64,000 nt of DNA from Podarcis erhardii (Eukaryota), in the NCBI GenBank assembly GCA_964252035.1, contig OZ176204.1. One strand, written 5' to 3'. The notes under the pieces are model-generated. The model saw nothing but the letters and a program-made list of their open reading frames with translations. It ran no database searches and had not been told where the DNA came from. This document shows positions 1 to 12,400 of the stretch, piece by piece (within the stretch, counting starts at the first letter, position 1; every line of letters begins with the position of its first letter). Made by a program: the position numbers and the translations under genes.

Positions 1-1421
1 AAACCGTTCTTCCCTGGGCAGGAATGCAGCTACCACCTTGCTAGCATGTTGGTTGAGAGAATGCATTGTAGTGTTATGACCCCCCCCCCAAGCTTGGAAC
101 CTTGCAGTGCATGGTAGAGGAAGAGGTTGAGGTCCCTTCCTCCAGGGGTAGGGGAGCAGTGAGAAGAAGAACCATCAGTTTTCCTGGTCAGAGGACACAG
201 CCCTGTCACCATCCTTGGACTCAGCTGATGAGTCCCCTGCTGGATCTCCTCCCAAGTTAGCAGAAGTCAAACACTACAAAATCAAACAAGGCCCTTTAAC
301 AACCCAGACTGCTCCTCCAGGGAGGCACAGCCACATTACAGGCCCTGTCAGCCAATATAAATCTTCACTTGGCTTTCTCCCTGCTAGTATTACCTATATT
401 TTCTCATAGCTACCTTATGTAGGAGAGAGCTTTAGCGGAGCAGGGTTGCTTGGAGCTATCCAAGGTCCTGATTTTCTTCGTCCTCTGCCTTCACCTGACC
501 TTGGGCTTGGCTGGCTTGGCCCATTGCTATTTAAAGATATGATTGAAGTTTGCTGGGACTTTTGTTCTCCCTGCTGCTTTCTGAGTCATCTAGTCCTTCC
601 TCCCTCCCTCCCTTCCTCTTGTGCTAAATTGTAGGAACCCTGCTAGATTGTCTCACATCCTCTATGTAGGAGTTGACTGGGGATCCGGGAAGGTAGTCCA
701 GAAGGAGACTGCAACCTCACTCTGAAGTGTGGATCCCTCCCCCAACCTATTTGGTTTCATCAACATGAATAATGTTGTTTTAAAACAACACAGTACAGCA
801 CAGCATAAGACAAGACAACACGATACGATAATAACTGCATCAGGCTGGTGTTGACATATTATTTGTTCTATAAACTGTTGTCTAGAAGTGTGGTGTGTGA
901 GGGGGAAGACATTTTAGATGTAATTCATTTTTTACTAGAGCCCCAGGTTCTAACAACCAGACTCATGGGCAAAGACACAGAGTTCGAATTAAAGAACAGG
1001 GTGCCTCTGAGCATATTCTGAACCTAGGAAGTTGTTGCCAGTATCAGAAGTGAAATTAGATCACAGCACTTTCACACAAAAATTACCTCCTGGTTAGCTT
1101 TCTACACTTCTGCTGCATAATTTAGGTGGCAAAATTTGTTTTGTTGATGCCATTGTTAAATAACTGGGAGTCAGAGGGTGCAAACACATTTCCACTTGTG
1201 CAACAGGCATTTCCCCTCCTGTCATCCCCTATGCATCCCCCATCATGCCTCCAAAATATGCTCCAGAGGGTTCCCTAAACATCTGGTCCAGAGTCTGAGG
1301 CTGCATGGCAGCTGCAGGTGGGAGAAGAGGAAGGGAAAGTCATGCTGTACTGCCAGAAGACTGTTCTGCTAGTGCCACAGCCATGTTGGATAAAACCCAG
1401 AAATGATTGTGGATCTGAATA

Positions 1422-1935
1422 CCGTATTTTTCGCCCCATAGGGCGCACCGCCCCATAGGACGCACCTAGGGTTTTTTTTGGGGGGGGGGAATAAAGAAAA
1501 AAATATTATTTCCCCCCCAGGCGTGGGGCTGGCGCGGGGGAAACCCGAGCTTCCCCCAATCCCAGCCCCGAGAACAGCCTGCTATCCGCAAGCCTAGGGA
1601 GGCCAGCAGTAAGTCGCGTCGGTCTCCCCAGGCTTCGGAATGCAGGCAGCTCGCCCCAGGACAGCAGGCAGCTCTGTGCAGCCATCGGGAGGCAGGCGCG
1701 ACTTCGCGCCCCGCTCCGGATGGCTGCGCAGAGCTGCGCTCGCCCCGGGACTGCAGGCAGCTCTGCGCAGCCATCGGGAGGCGGGCGTGGCTTTGCGCCC
1801 CGCTCCGGATGGCTGCGCAGAGCTGCGCTCGCCCCGGGACTGCAGGCAGCTCTGCGTTCGCCCCATAGGACGCACACACATTTCCCCTTCATTTTTGGAG
1901 GGGGAAAAGTGCGTACTATAGGGCGAAAAATACGG
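1422..1935. mobile_element. Tc1/mariner (Tc2/Kanga-like) MITE with an internal 89-bp hairpin tandem repeat
   Basis: TA TSD on both sides; TIR CCGTATTTTTCGCCC.ATAG..GCAC; units start at 1652, 1741 and 1830. Confidence 0.85.
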
Positions 1936-3416
1936 TAACTTAAAAATATACTAGTAGATCACGAACTACCATCTGCCTACCTCTGGCCTAGATAACTTGT
2001 ATTATGAGGTGACAGACAAATGCAAATAATAAACAAAAAAACCCCAAAATAAACTCTGATTAACAAATCAAGAGATAGCCTTATCGCAGTGCCTCTTCTT
2101 ACTAAGACAAATTCTTCCTTCCTTCCTTCTTTAACCACAATAAAGCAGTTAATTGACCCCAACATTAACTGCTGTTAAGGTTAACCAGGGTTCTAATTTA
2201 ACTGTGATCTGGAACTGTAGTTAGAAGGGAGAATTTGACCAAAGAAGGAGAGGAGGTATGAGGTGAGGATGTGTATTTCCAAGGCTGACTCTTGATTTGC
2301 CAAGCATGGTTCTCAGAGAGCTAGTACATTGCACTGATCTAGTGGGTGCTATTTGCCACTGCTGCTATAATAATATTTTCAATCTCTGAAAAAATAAACT
2401 GTGCTCAGCTGCAATATATGGTTTGTCATTATGAAGATGGACAAGCAGGAGCCTCTGATTCACATACTCCACCCTCATCCTTACCTCTTCTCCATCAATT
2501 GCATAAGAAAATCGAAAACTTCTGCTTTAGCATTAACCATAGTTCCCTGTTTCATTCACACTCAAGGAACTGTGGTTTGTTTTAACTGGGGTTACTTAAA
2601 ACTAATTAGGCTTAAACTCTTATAAAGAAGGATCATCCTTCTTTTTAGCTAACCACAGTTGTTTGGGATCTTGAGAAAACCACAGCTGGAACAAACTGCA
2701 GTTCCCTACTTTTGATGTAACAGGGGCATCTGATGACTATTGAAGCAGAGGTTTTTGACCTATTCCTCATGTACAAAGTAGAAGGTAAAGTGAATATATG
2801 AGCCCAAGGATCAGAAAGGCTCATTATCGTAACAACGAATTATGGTTTGTCATTTCATTTAACCAATGTCGTGGACTCTCACAAAAACTGCTTATTACAT
2901 CCACCCCACACCGCTAGGCATGAGAGTTATCCATTTGATGAGCGACTTAATAAAAACCTGAAACTTCGAGTTCTTAGATACACCACTGTGGTCTCTAACA
3001 TGTCAAGAAATATATACTTAAGTCAGAGACAGTGGAAGTTGCTGTATCCAGTATCTGCATGGTTCACATCACGGTGATCATGCAAATGAGAACTCCACAA
3101 AATAACACATTAAAACGATTTACAGACATTTTACAGACAGCATCAGGACTGAATTATCATGAGCTAAATTACATAAGCCAAATCACATGAAGAAGGCTCT
3201 ATTTTCCCTTACACAAGTGTAAAGTTTTCTGTACACATATGGAGAGATTGTAATTTTGCACTTTTGGTGTAGCATCCTGCTGTTCCTATGACCTCCAAAA
3301 GTCTCAGTATGATTGTGGCTTTTGGGGGGCAGCCTTTTGGATCCTAGCTATGACAACTGATATAACAACATAGTGCATGCAGAACCTTGACTTTTGATCA
3401 AGGGGCACACAAATAC

Positions 3417-6400
3417 CTTGGATTGCTGTTTCTGGATCCCAGCCTTCAACGTCAATAAGATATCTAAAGGAATATATGCACAGATGCAGATCACCAAGCA
3501 GAACATATCACTCTACTGAAAATAACTGTTTAATATTTTATATGATACTTACCTACAGATAAGATAACCGGTTCTATTAATTCCATTAGTACAGTGTACT
3601 CCTATGAGCTTTGCTATTTAAAAAGCAAAATGAAAATAAAAGAATGTGAATATAAAAATACAGTAAGTGCACAATAAAACAAAGAGGTTTTGCAAAGACT
3701 CTTGCTGTTTACAGAACTGGTCCAGTAGTGCATCTTTAATCCCTTAATGCTGAATGTATTGGCTCCCACTTAGGGAACCACAAATTTAGCAAATGGCTAT
3801 TTGCACTCTGCTTCACTTGCAAAACCTCTTCTAAGATGTGATGAAGACTCTGAAAGCTGACAGTCTTGAGCCAACTTCTCCCTCCTTTTCTGCTTAACTA
3901 GTAATTAGTACTGTTAGGACTGAGATGGCATCTTAGGTAGTCTGCATGCAATATACATGGAGCAGAATTCACCTAAGGACTTCTCCTTCTGCAATGGGCC
4001 TTTCTGCCCACCCCATCACATGAAATTGGCATGGTGGGGGGATCAGGTAAAAAAAGGTAAAGGACCCCTGGATGGTTAAGTCCAGTCAAAGGCGACTATG
4101 GGGTGTGCCGCTCATCTCACTTTTTCAGGCCAAGGGAGCTGGCGTCTGTCCGCAGACAGCTTTCCAGGTCATGTGGCCAGCATGACTAAACCACTACTGG
4201 CACAATGGGACACCGTGACGAGTGCCAGAGCACATGGAAACGTTCGGGGGGGGGGGGATCAGGAGAACTCACAGAACAGCATGCAGGGGAGGAGAGGGAT
4301 GATCATTCCATCCAGCAAGGCAAGCTGCAATGCTTGTGCAGATGGAACATTTGGAGGAGCGTGACATTGAAATCCACCCGAAGAATTGCTTTTGCAGGTC
4401 CAAAACTGAATGCAAGGCTTTCCCTCCAGCTTAATCCACACTATGCAGAAATCTGTTAATGCATGTGGATTGACTTTTCTGGACTGAGACAATGATGTGG
4501 ATGCACATTTTTAATGGGAATTGTTTCTACACAATAGCCGAGATCCAAATAAACACACAACAGCTTTGCATGCACAAAAGGGCTTTGTATTTCTTGAATA
4601 GCAGTCTCATGCTGCGTAGCAAACTTCATTTGAAACTGGGCCAAACTACACAATATGTAGAATGCATGTATTTAGTGTCTCTGACTTTTCTTATTGAAAA
4701 ATACACTGTTAGTAAGGGAGGAAATGGAAATATTGTAACATTCCAGATTTGTTACACTGGAAAACTGTGAATCCGTATTCACAGATTCCAACAGCAATTA
4801 GTAAATTATACATATACGGACAAATAATGTCAGTGTTTTACAAAATGAAAAATGCTGTTAATTACCATTTTCTGCATTTTCCCATAGGAACTTTCTGACC
4901 AATTTTTTGAACCTTAGAATAGTAGGATCATCTGGAACTTCAAATCCAATAGTATAAAGTTTCTGATAGACCACATTTTTAGGCAAATCCTATCAACAAG
5001 AAGGTGAACAAATTGTAGCAAAAAATTGTAATTTAATCATTGCATATCTCTAAGATTGATCCAACTTTTAAAAATTGGCTCTGAATAAAGTTCATTTTGT
5101 AGGAGCTGAAAGTACACAGTTATGTCTGGTGAATCATATTTCAAAACGCTCTTGCATCAGTCATAATTACTGTTGGTACAAATCCCCAAACTCAGAAAGG
5201 GAATGTGATTGCAACAACTCCAAGCACTTTTGTGTCATCTGTCTTCTTTGCACTGCAATTTATTTATTTATTGCACAAGATCTGACAGGAAACCTGCCCC
5301 ATGAGATCATATTTGGAGAAAGCCCTATAGAGTTTTAAACGTATGACATAGTAACGTGGCTAAGTATCCAGTTTCAAAGCTTTGAGCGTCATGGCATCAT
5401 TATAATCATCCGCCAAAACATAGACAGATGTCAGCTGAAAATATAATTAGAGTGCTTCTCTCTGTTTCCAAAATTTTTGGAATTTCATTGTGATAGGCAT
5501 TTCATAATTTGATTAAAATCAATGAACAGAAAGATCCTGGTTTCAAATTGGCAAATCTTACTCTCATAATCCTGTCACTATGTCTCACTACCAGTCTGCG
5601 TCTGATGTAACTCAGTCACACTATAATCCACTAAAGCAAATCAGCCCATTGATTCTAATATACTATTGTAATGAAGCCTAAATGCATTCTTGCTCTTTCT
5701 CCCTACCTCTACTTCTCTTCCCTTGCTCTGCGGTTTTGAATGCCCTCAGGGGCATGGATCTAATCCTGTTACACTAAGCAAAGCACTGTGCACATAGATG
5801 GCAACTATAAATAAATGATTGGCATTCAGAGCTCATCAAGTTCCTCCACTGTTGAATGCTGCATAACACATAGAGAACTGATATGTTTTAAGATCAGCAT
5901 TAGAAAGTACGCAGCAAAACTCGGAAGTACAAATTTACTATTCTTACCTTCACATGATAGTATCTTGTTGTATATGTTAAATCTATAATTAAGCCAAGCT
6001 CTATATTTAGAGCTTTTATTGCAGCTATCAGATCTTTTGGTGTGAACTTTTGAGTTGGTGTCAGTCGCTGGTTGATTTCCTAGGGTGAAGAAAAAAGTAA
6101 TTATATATGAGAAAATGTACCTAGGGAAATGGAAAAATCTGACTCATAAAACGGAGAATTAGGAAATGAAACAGAAGCATTCAAAAGTAACAGGTAGTTT
6201 TGAAGCACAGAAAATTCTTTACCTAAAATTAAACAGGAGGCAGAGGTAATATGAAAATTCAGACAGAAGGTTGTTGAAGGGATTTCTGTCTTGGCTGCTG
6301 TAAGGATAATGCTAATTTAGAGCCCAAATGGAATTGCCCTGAATTGAACATGTGGTATTTTGCAACAACCTGAAAAAGTGAAGTTACTGGAACTTCTGCC

Positions 6401-9400
6401 TGCTTCTTTGGAGAGAAACTGATAAGTAACGTCTAGGTGGAGCAGATCACTGTGGAGTAAACATCTTTTATCTATACAGTTTCACCTTTTGAAGCATCCT
6501 TCACGAAACATCTCTTTGCATCATCTTGAGTAACAATGCTGTTTATCAGATAGTAAATATCAGATAGTTTATCAGATAGTAAACCAAACCTCCCATTCTT
6601 GAGCTTGTAAGCAACTCCACCCAGTACAGACAGGCTAAGAAACAGTACTTCTCAATTGGAAGAAAATTCTCTCCCCTATTCACCTTTCTTTTCTTAAGTT
6701 CAATTTACATATCACTCCCTTCCTTTTCCTCAGCCTTAAGGAGTAAGCAAGACAAAATTCAATCTGTGTAAATTGAGATTCCTGGAAAAGTGTCATGTGA
6801 CCCACTGAAAAATATGGAAATGTGTGATGTAGGTGCACATAGGATACAGGTTTGTCCTTTGTATGTTCTGGATTTCTTTCTTGTAATCTCAGTTAATAAA
6901 ACTCACAGGCGCAACTGAGTGGCAAACAGGGTTTTTGAGACAAAGGGCCAATACACAGAACACAATAGAATACCCTGCCCTACAACCATGACAGTCTTGA
7001 GCCACATACAAAACACAGAGCAGGGATAGGAGGATACTAAAAGAGAATAGTCTTGTAGTTTAAAGACTATTCTGTTGCTCTTGTCTGATATTGTGCTGAA
7101 TGGGATTATCCAAAGGGGGATAAGTTAAACACTTAGATAAAATATACCCGAGTTTATGTGTTATGTTTTGTGATTAACATAAATGTATGAAAGCAAAATT
7201 TTATACGTACCCCTTTCATGGGTGCTTTGAAAGGAATGAACCGGGTTCCTGCTATAGGTTGTCCAATTGGCGATACATTCCGCCATCTGTTAAGAAAAGG
7301 GAAATATGGTTGTATTTAATTCTGTATGCATTGGTAAAATACAGGTTATGACAACAGTGTTTTACAGAAAACATAAGGACTTCAATCCAGAGATATGTAC
7401 AAAAAGCAGAAACTTGCTTTCAGAATACCGCACCAATTATATGTTTTGGTGCAGTTGATAATGGTTCTGAATCCAGATACTCTTTAATGCTGGAAGAAAG
7501 GGAAGGAGGTTCTGGATTCCCTCCCCCTACCCAACATATTGTTGTCTCCGACCAAACTCAGGGTTCAACTGGTAAAAAAGGTAAAGGTAAAGGTACCCCT
7601 GCCCGTACGGGCCAGTCGTGTCCGACTCTAGGGTTGTGTGCTCATCTCACTTAAGAGGCCGGGAGCCAGCGCTGTCCGAAGACACTTCCAGGTCACGTGG
7701 CCAGCCAGCACGTGGCGAGCCAGCACCAGCGCAGCACACGGAAACGCCGTTTACCTTCCCGCTATAAAGCGGTACCTATTTATCTACTTGCACTTGGGGG
7801 TGCTTTCGAACTGCTAGGTGGGCAGGAGCTGGGACCGAACGACGGGAGCTCACCCCGCCGTGGGGATTCGAACCGCCGACCATGCGATCGGCAAGTCCTA
7901 GGCACTGAGGTTTTACCCACAGCGCCACCTGCGTCCACAGTACTTGGTGCTGTACGTTTAATTCTCAGGCCAGTGTTACTGTGCCCCAGAAGCTATGTAG
8001 GCAAGCATTTGTGTACACTTCATTTCCAATCCAACATTGTTAAGAAGGTTGTATTCTCCTTTTCTGTAGCATTGGTCATGCCATTCCAAACAGGTAAGCA
8101 TGTAACGCTTACTGAAATCTCAGAGCATGAGCCTGCCCTATTGATTTTAATGGGAGAGAGCTCAAAATTCTCCTATAGAAATGTGCTCATCTTTGATTAG
8201 GTTTCTAGAAGGGCAGCTGAATTTGTCTGTCAAAGCACAAATAACAAAAGAATCTTGAGGCACTTTAAAGACTAAGAAATTTATGAGGGCATAAGCCTTT
8301 GTGAGCAGGAGTCTGCTTTATCAGATGTATGCTCTCTTCAGCTGCAGGTGGGAAGAGGATTATCAGCAGTGAAATCAGAGAGAAATGAAATTTCAAAATT
8401 TACAAAGGACAATTAAATTAGGGTTAGAATGTCTGCAAAAAAACCAGAGTGAACATTCCCCCAAACCATGACAAATGTTAACATAATCAATACTGATGAT
8501 GAGTTAATTAACATATGTAGTGAGACAGGAAACCATTTTCTCTTACTATTACTGTGAGATGATAATCAAGTTTTTTGTTGCCAAATAGCACATTTTGCTA
8601 TACAGTAGTACTTGTTACTACTATTACTACTACTAATTCCATGGGGCACCTATTACTGCTGCTGCTGCTACTACTACTAAATTATTTAGGACATTTAAAA
8701 AGCACCCAAACCAAACAGAGGTACTCTAGAAAACACTGATATGATTAATGGCATTGAATGCCATTGTGAGATTCAGGAAGGTCAACAAGGCTACACTGTC
8801 CCTATGCATCTCCTGCCATAGGTCCAAATCTGGACTGGAAGCAAGACAAAAACCTGTATCATTTCAAATGTTTCTTTTTGAAAGCAAAGCTAAAATATAC
8901 ATTACTTAATGCAGCAACATATAGAACTAGAAATGAGGTTGGCAGGCTCCAAGTTAGAATGCATCTTTAGCTATTTTTAAAAATGGGAGTCACTGTGATG
9001 TGGCTGTTCCTATGCTATTTCTGGAAGGGTTTGCAGGAAGCAATTGTGAGCTGGTTTAACATGTTTATATCCCAAGCCATCATCTCTGATATATGAGAAA
9101 TAACCATTGCTCCAGCAATGTCTGCAATCACTTCCTAAAAACTTTACGAGGCGCATCCATATTGCAGCAGCTTCTATGTTGTTGCCAGTTACATTAGGGG
9201 GCTGTTGTGTATTGAGCACATACAGTAAGCATAAAAACTCATGGGACTCATAGATTTAATTTTGGCTTTTATTTTGTATTTTATATGAGATACCCTATTA
9301 TGGAACTAGAAAATAGAAATTTTACTTGCAAAAGTAATGGGAAGCCTCTGGCAAAGTGAGAGGTAGGTGAAAAGTATCTCTTGCTACTATGGAAGTCTTT

Positions 9401-12400
9401 GGCTTCCCACGTTGTGCAAACCAGGTTGCTGCATAGGTAGCCTCAAACTATGGCTTACTGGGCTGCTGGATGTGCTCATGATCAAGCTCTTTCCCTGCAA
9501 ACTATGAGCTGCAGCTAAGAATAAACCATGGCTAAGAGCAAACCTTGGCTACAGTCTGTGGTTAGCAAGGAGAGAGCTTAACCACAAGGCCAGATTTGGA
9601 CACGCTAAGCCAAATCTTGGCTCAGCATGCCATATGCATCAAAAGGACAGGGGAAGCACACATACTTCTTTGTGCAAAGTAGGCATCTTTTTACTGTGGA
9701 TATTGTGAGGAATGTTTTTCACATTTGCGGGTGCTAATGCAGGATATGGGGTGGGGATTTGAAAACAGAAGCATGGATAGTGAAGCTATCCTGCAGAAAG
9801 CATTATTGCCTGGACACTTAGCCATGTCACATTCATTGTCTCTTGCACTATTATTGGGGATTCAGCATGCAACTGAACATAAAACTCAGCCAAGAGGCCT
9901 TCTAGTTTGCTTTTAAAAAATCGGGATTCACAACTATGCTCTTCCATCCTTCATAACCTGTCCCTATATGTATATTCTGCTTATTAAACATACATATGAT
10001 GTGTATTGAGCATGGATCAATGTGAAGGTAATTTTGAAAATGTGTATGCAATACATGAATCTTAGAAGAGCAGCATTTCCAGGGACCAGGTTCAGGACTT
10101 CAGTACCCTAAATAATTCATTGACTATCCTCTCATGAGTAATAGTAGAAAAATTACTCAAAATAAAAAAGGACATTTGCATATTTTGCAATATCACAAGA
10201 TTCAGCTGTCCATCTTTTCATAAGCCCAAGGGCATGTGCAGGCATACAAGACCAGTATTTAATCTCCAACTCATTCTTGTTGAACGTGTAAGGCATATTA
10301 GCCTCCAACACCAATTTAAAACTACAAGTGTTTTAGGAATGCGGAGCAAGCAAGAGCAGGCTTAATATAAATTCATGGATGGGGAACCTTAGCCCAAGGG
10401 GCTAAATGCAGCCCTTAAGACCTATTTACCTGGCCCACAGAACTCTCCCCTGGCCACACCTCTTACTGGTCCTGCTTCAAACCTTCCTTAAGTATTTTTG
10501 CCTGGCTGAAATGTTTTTAAACTCTTGATAGTTCTTGGTTGCCTGGATGGACAGAGGTGTGGAAGTGCATAGAAAGGAGTTTACTATACACAATTAAGTT
10601 TCACAATTCCAAGTCCACTTCTGAATCTGACTAAGCTCATTGTTTGCCTCTGGCCCCATCTGTTACAAGCATGCTCCTCAAAGGGAATGGGGACTAGGCT
10701 GAAAAAGGTTCCTCATTACTGCATAAAGCAATGCAACTATAATCTGTGCTACAACACTTAAGGCTTTGACATAAAGATCTTCTCATCCCTTATATACCAA
10801 TGACCATCTTATCATAACTGCTCTGCATTCAGATTGGGGCTTCAATGTGGTGGCGCCTACCCTTTAGAACTCCCTCCTATTACATATCAAACAGGTGCCA
10901 TCTGTACTCTCTTTTCAACAGCTCTTGAAGACTTTCCTTTATAACATTTTTTCTGAGTGGATATTCCTATCCCTAATGTTTTCTGTATGCATTTGAAATT
11001 GTTTTCAGATATCCAATTGTTTTATGCAAGTTTTCAATGTATTCCGAAATCACTTCAAGATGCTTCGAAAGAAGCAATTATAATGGGGGGGGGGATAAAA
11101 TATAGGCCCCCCCATATTCAACACTCAATAGTATTGCTCAATAGTAGCAATGGATAGCACAGCCTGTATTTCTTGCTTTATATACATGCTCCCAAAGTAT
11201 GAACACTTATCGCTATGTCTAACTGTCAATAGTGCATATTTCCTAAGTTGTACTTAGTGGCACTTGCTTCAAAAATAAATTTATTTTGCTTTAAGCATGA
11301 TATGGGTTAGTGTGTTGGACTAGGACCTGGGAGACTAGGGTTCAAATCCCCACCTCAAGCATGCAGCTCACCAAGTGGATCTGATTGGGTCAGTCACTGT
11401 GTCCCAGTCTAACTCATAGGGTCACTTTGAGGATAACATGGGGAGAGAACCATCTAGCCACCTTGAGCTCCTTGAAGGAAAGGTAGGATAAAAATGCAAT
11501 AATGAAATTATTAATAGGCTGAATAGAAGACAGCTTTGTATGTTGTTAGCCAGCTTTCACTACAGCTGACAAAGAAAGCGCCACATTACCTTCCAACAGT
11601 TTGGCAGATTGTTTCCATAGCTTAAAGGTTCTCATCGGTTGCTAGTGGTATGCCAATCCAAACCACAGCTATATTGAAAATGATGCTGTTGATAGCAGAA
11701 GCAGCAATCCATTCAATGTGTATGTATGTGGCTAGAGAGGTTAGGAATATTGGAAGCTGTCTTATTCAAGGTTGGACCATTGGCTCACATAACTCACTAC
11801 TGTCTGCACCGATGGACAGTGGCCCTCCAAGGCTACACTATAACACTTTTGTAGTAGGTACTCATTTGGACTCTTTCAGACACAGGGCTTGGTATCCATA
11901 ACAAAAAAGCAACTCAGTAAAATTTTGTTGTTTTTTTTAAAAAAATTATATACTGCTTAAGCTTTTTTTTTTTTTTAAGGAAAATGGTAAACATTTCCTT
12001 TATTTCAGTAAATGTTTTCTACTGTGTGAGCTTCAGCTTCCATTCTCAAAATGAATTGCCTCAGAGTAGTTTATAAAAAAGTATAGCTGGCAGGTGAAAT
12101 AAACAGACACAGAGGTGGTAGAATTGTTATATTTTATTGTCAGAAATATTGGCTTGTCTGAAATACAAATAAAGTAAGATTGTGGGGCTTTTTTCAGATT
12201 AATTCAAAGATTGTATGGAGTAATTTCAAGGTTTACGTATGTAACCACTTAATGAAGATAAAATAAGCAAGCGTTATCTGCTGCCACATAGCGATGCAAC
12301 ACACTTGTTCATTGACCAAAGTATACTTACCATCTTTGAACACTAAAACTCTTATCGTAGGGACAGGCTTTCATTCTCTGTTTGTATACCTATCCATCTA

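Noticed and set aside
1950-1995. Minus-strand ARGRQM...LLVYF resembling the missing DUSP11 RGH helix
   Set aside because: No suitable acceptor, early stop, and the DNA looks like a MITE-end fragment.
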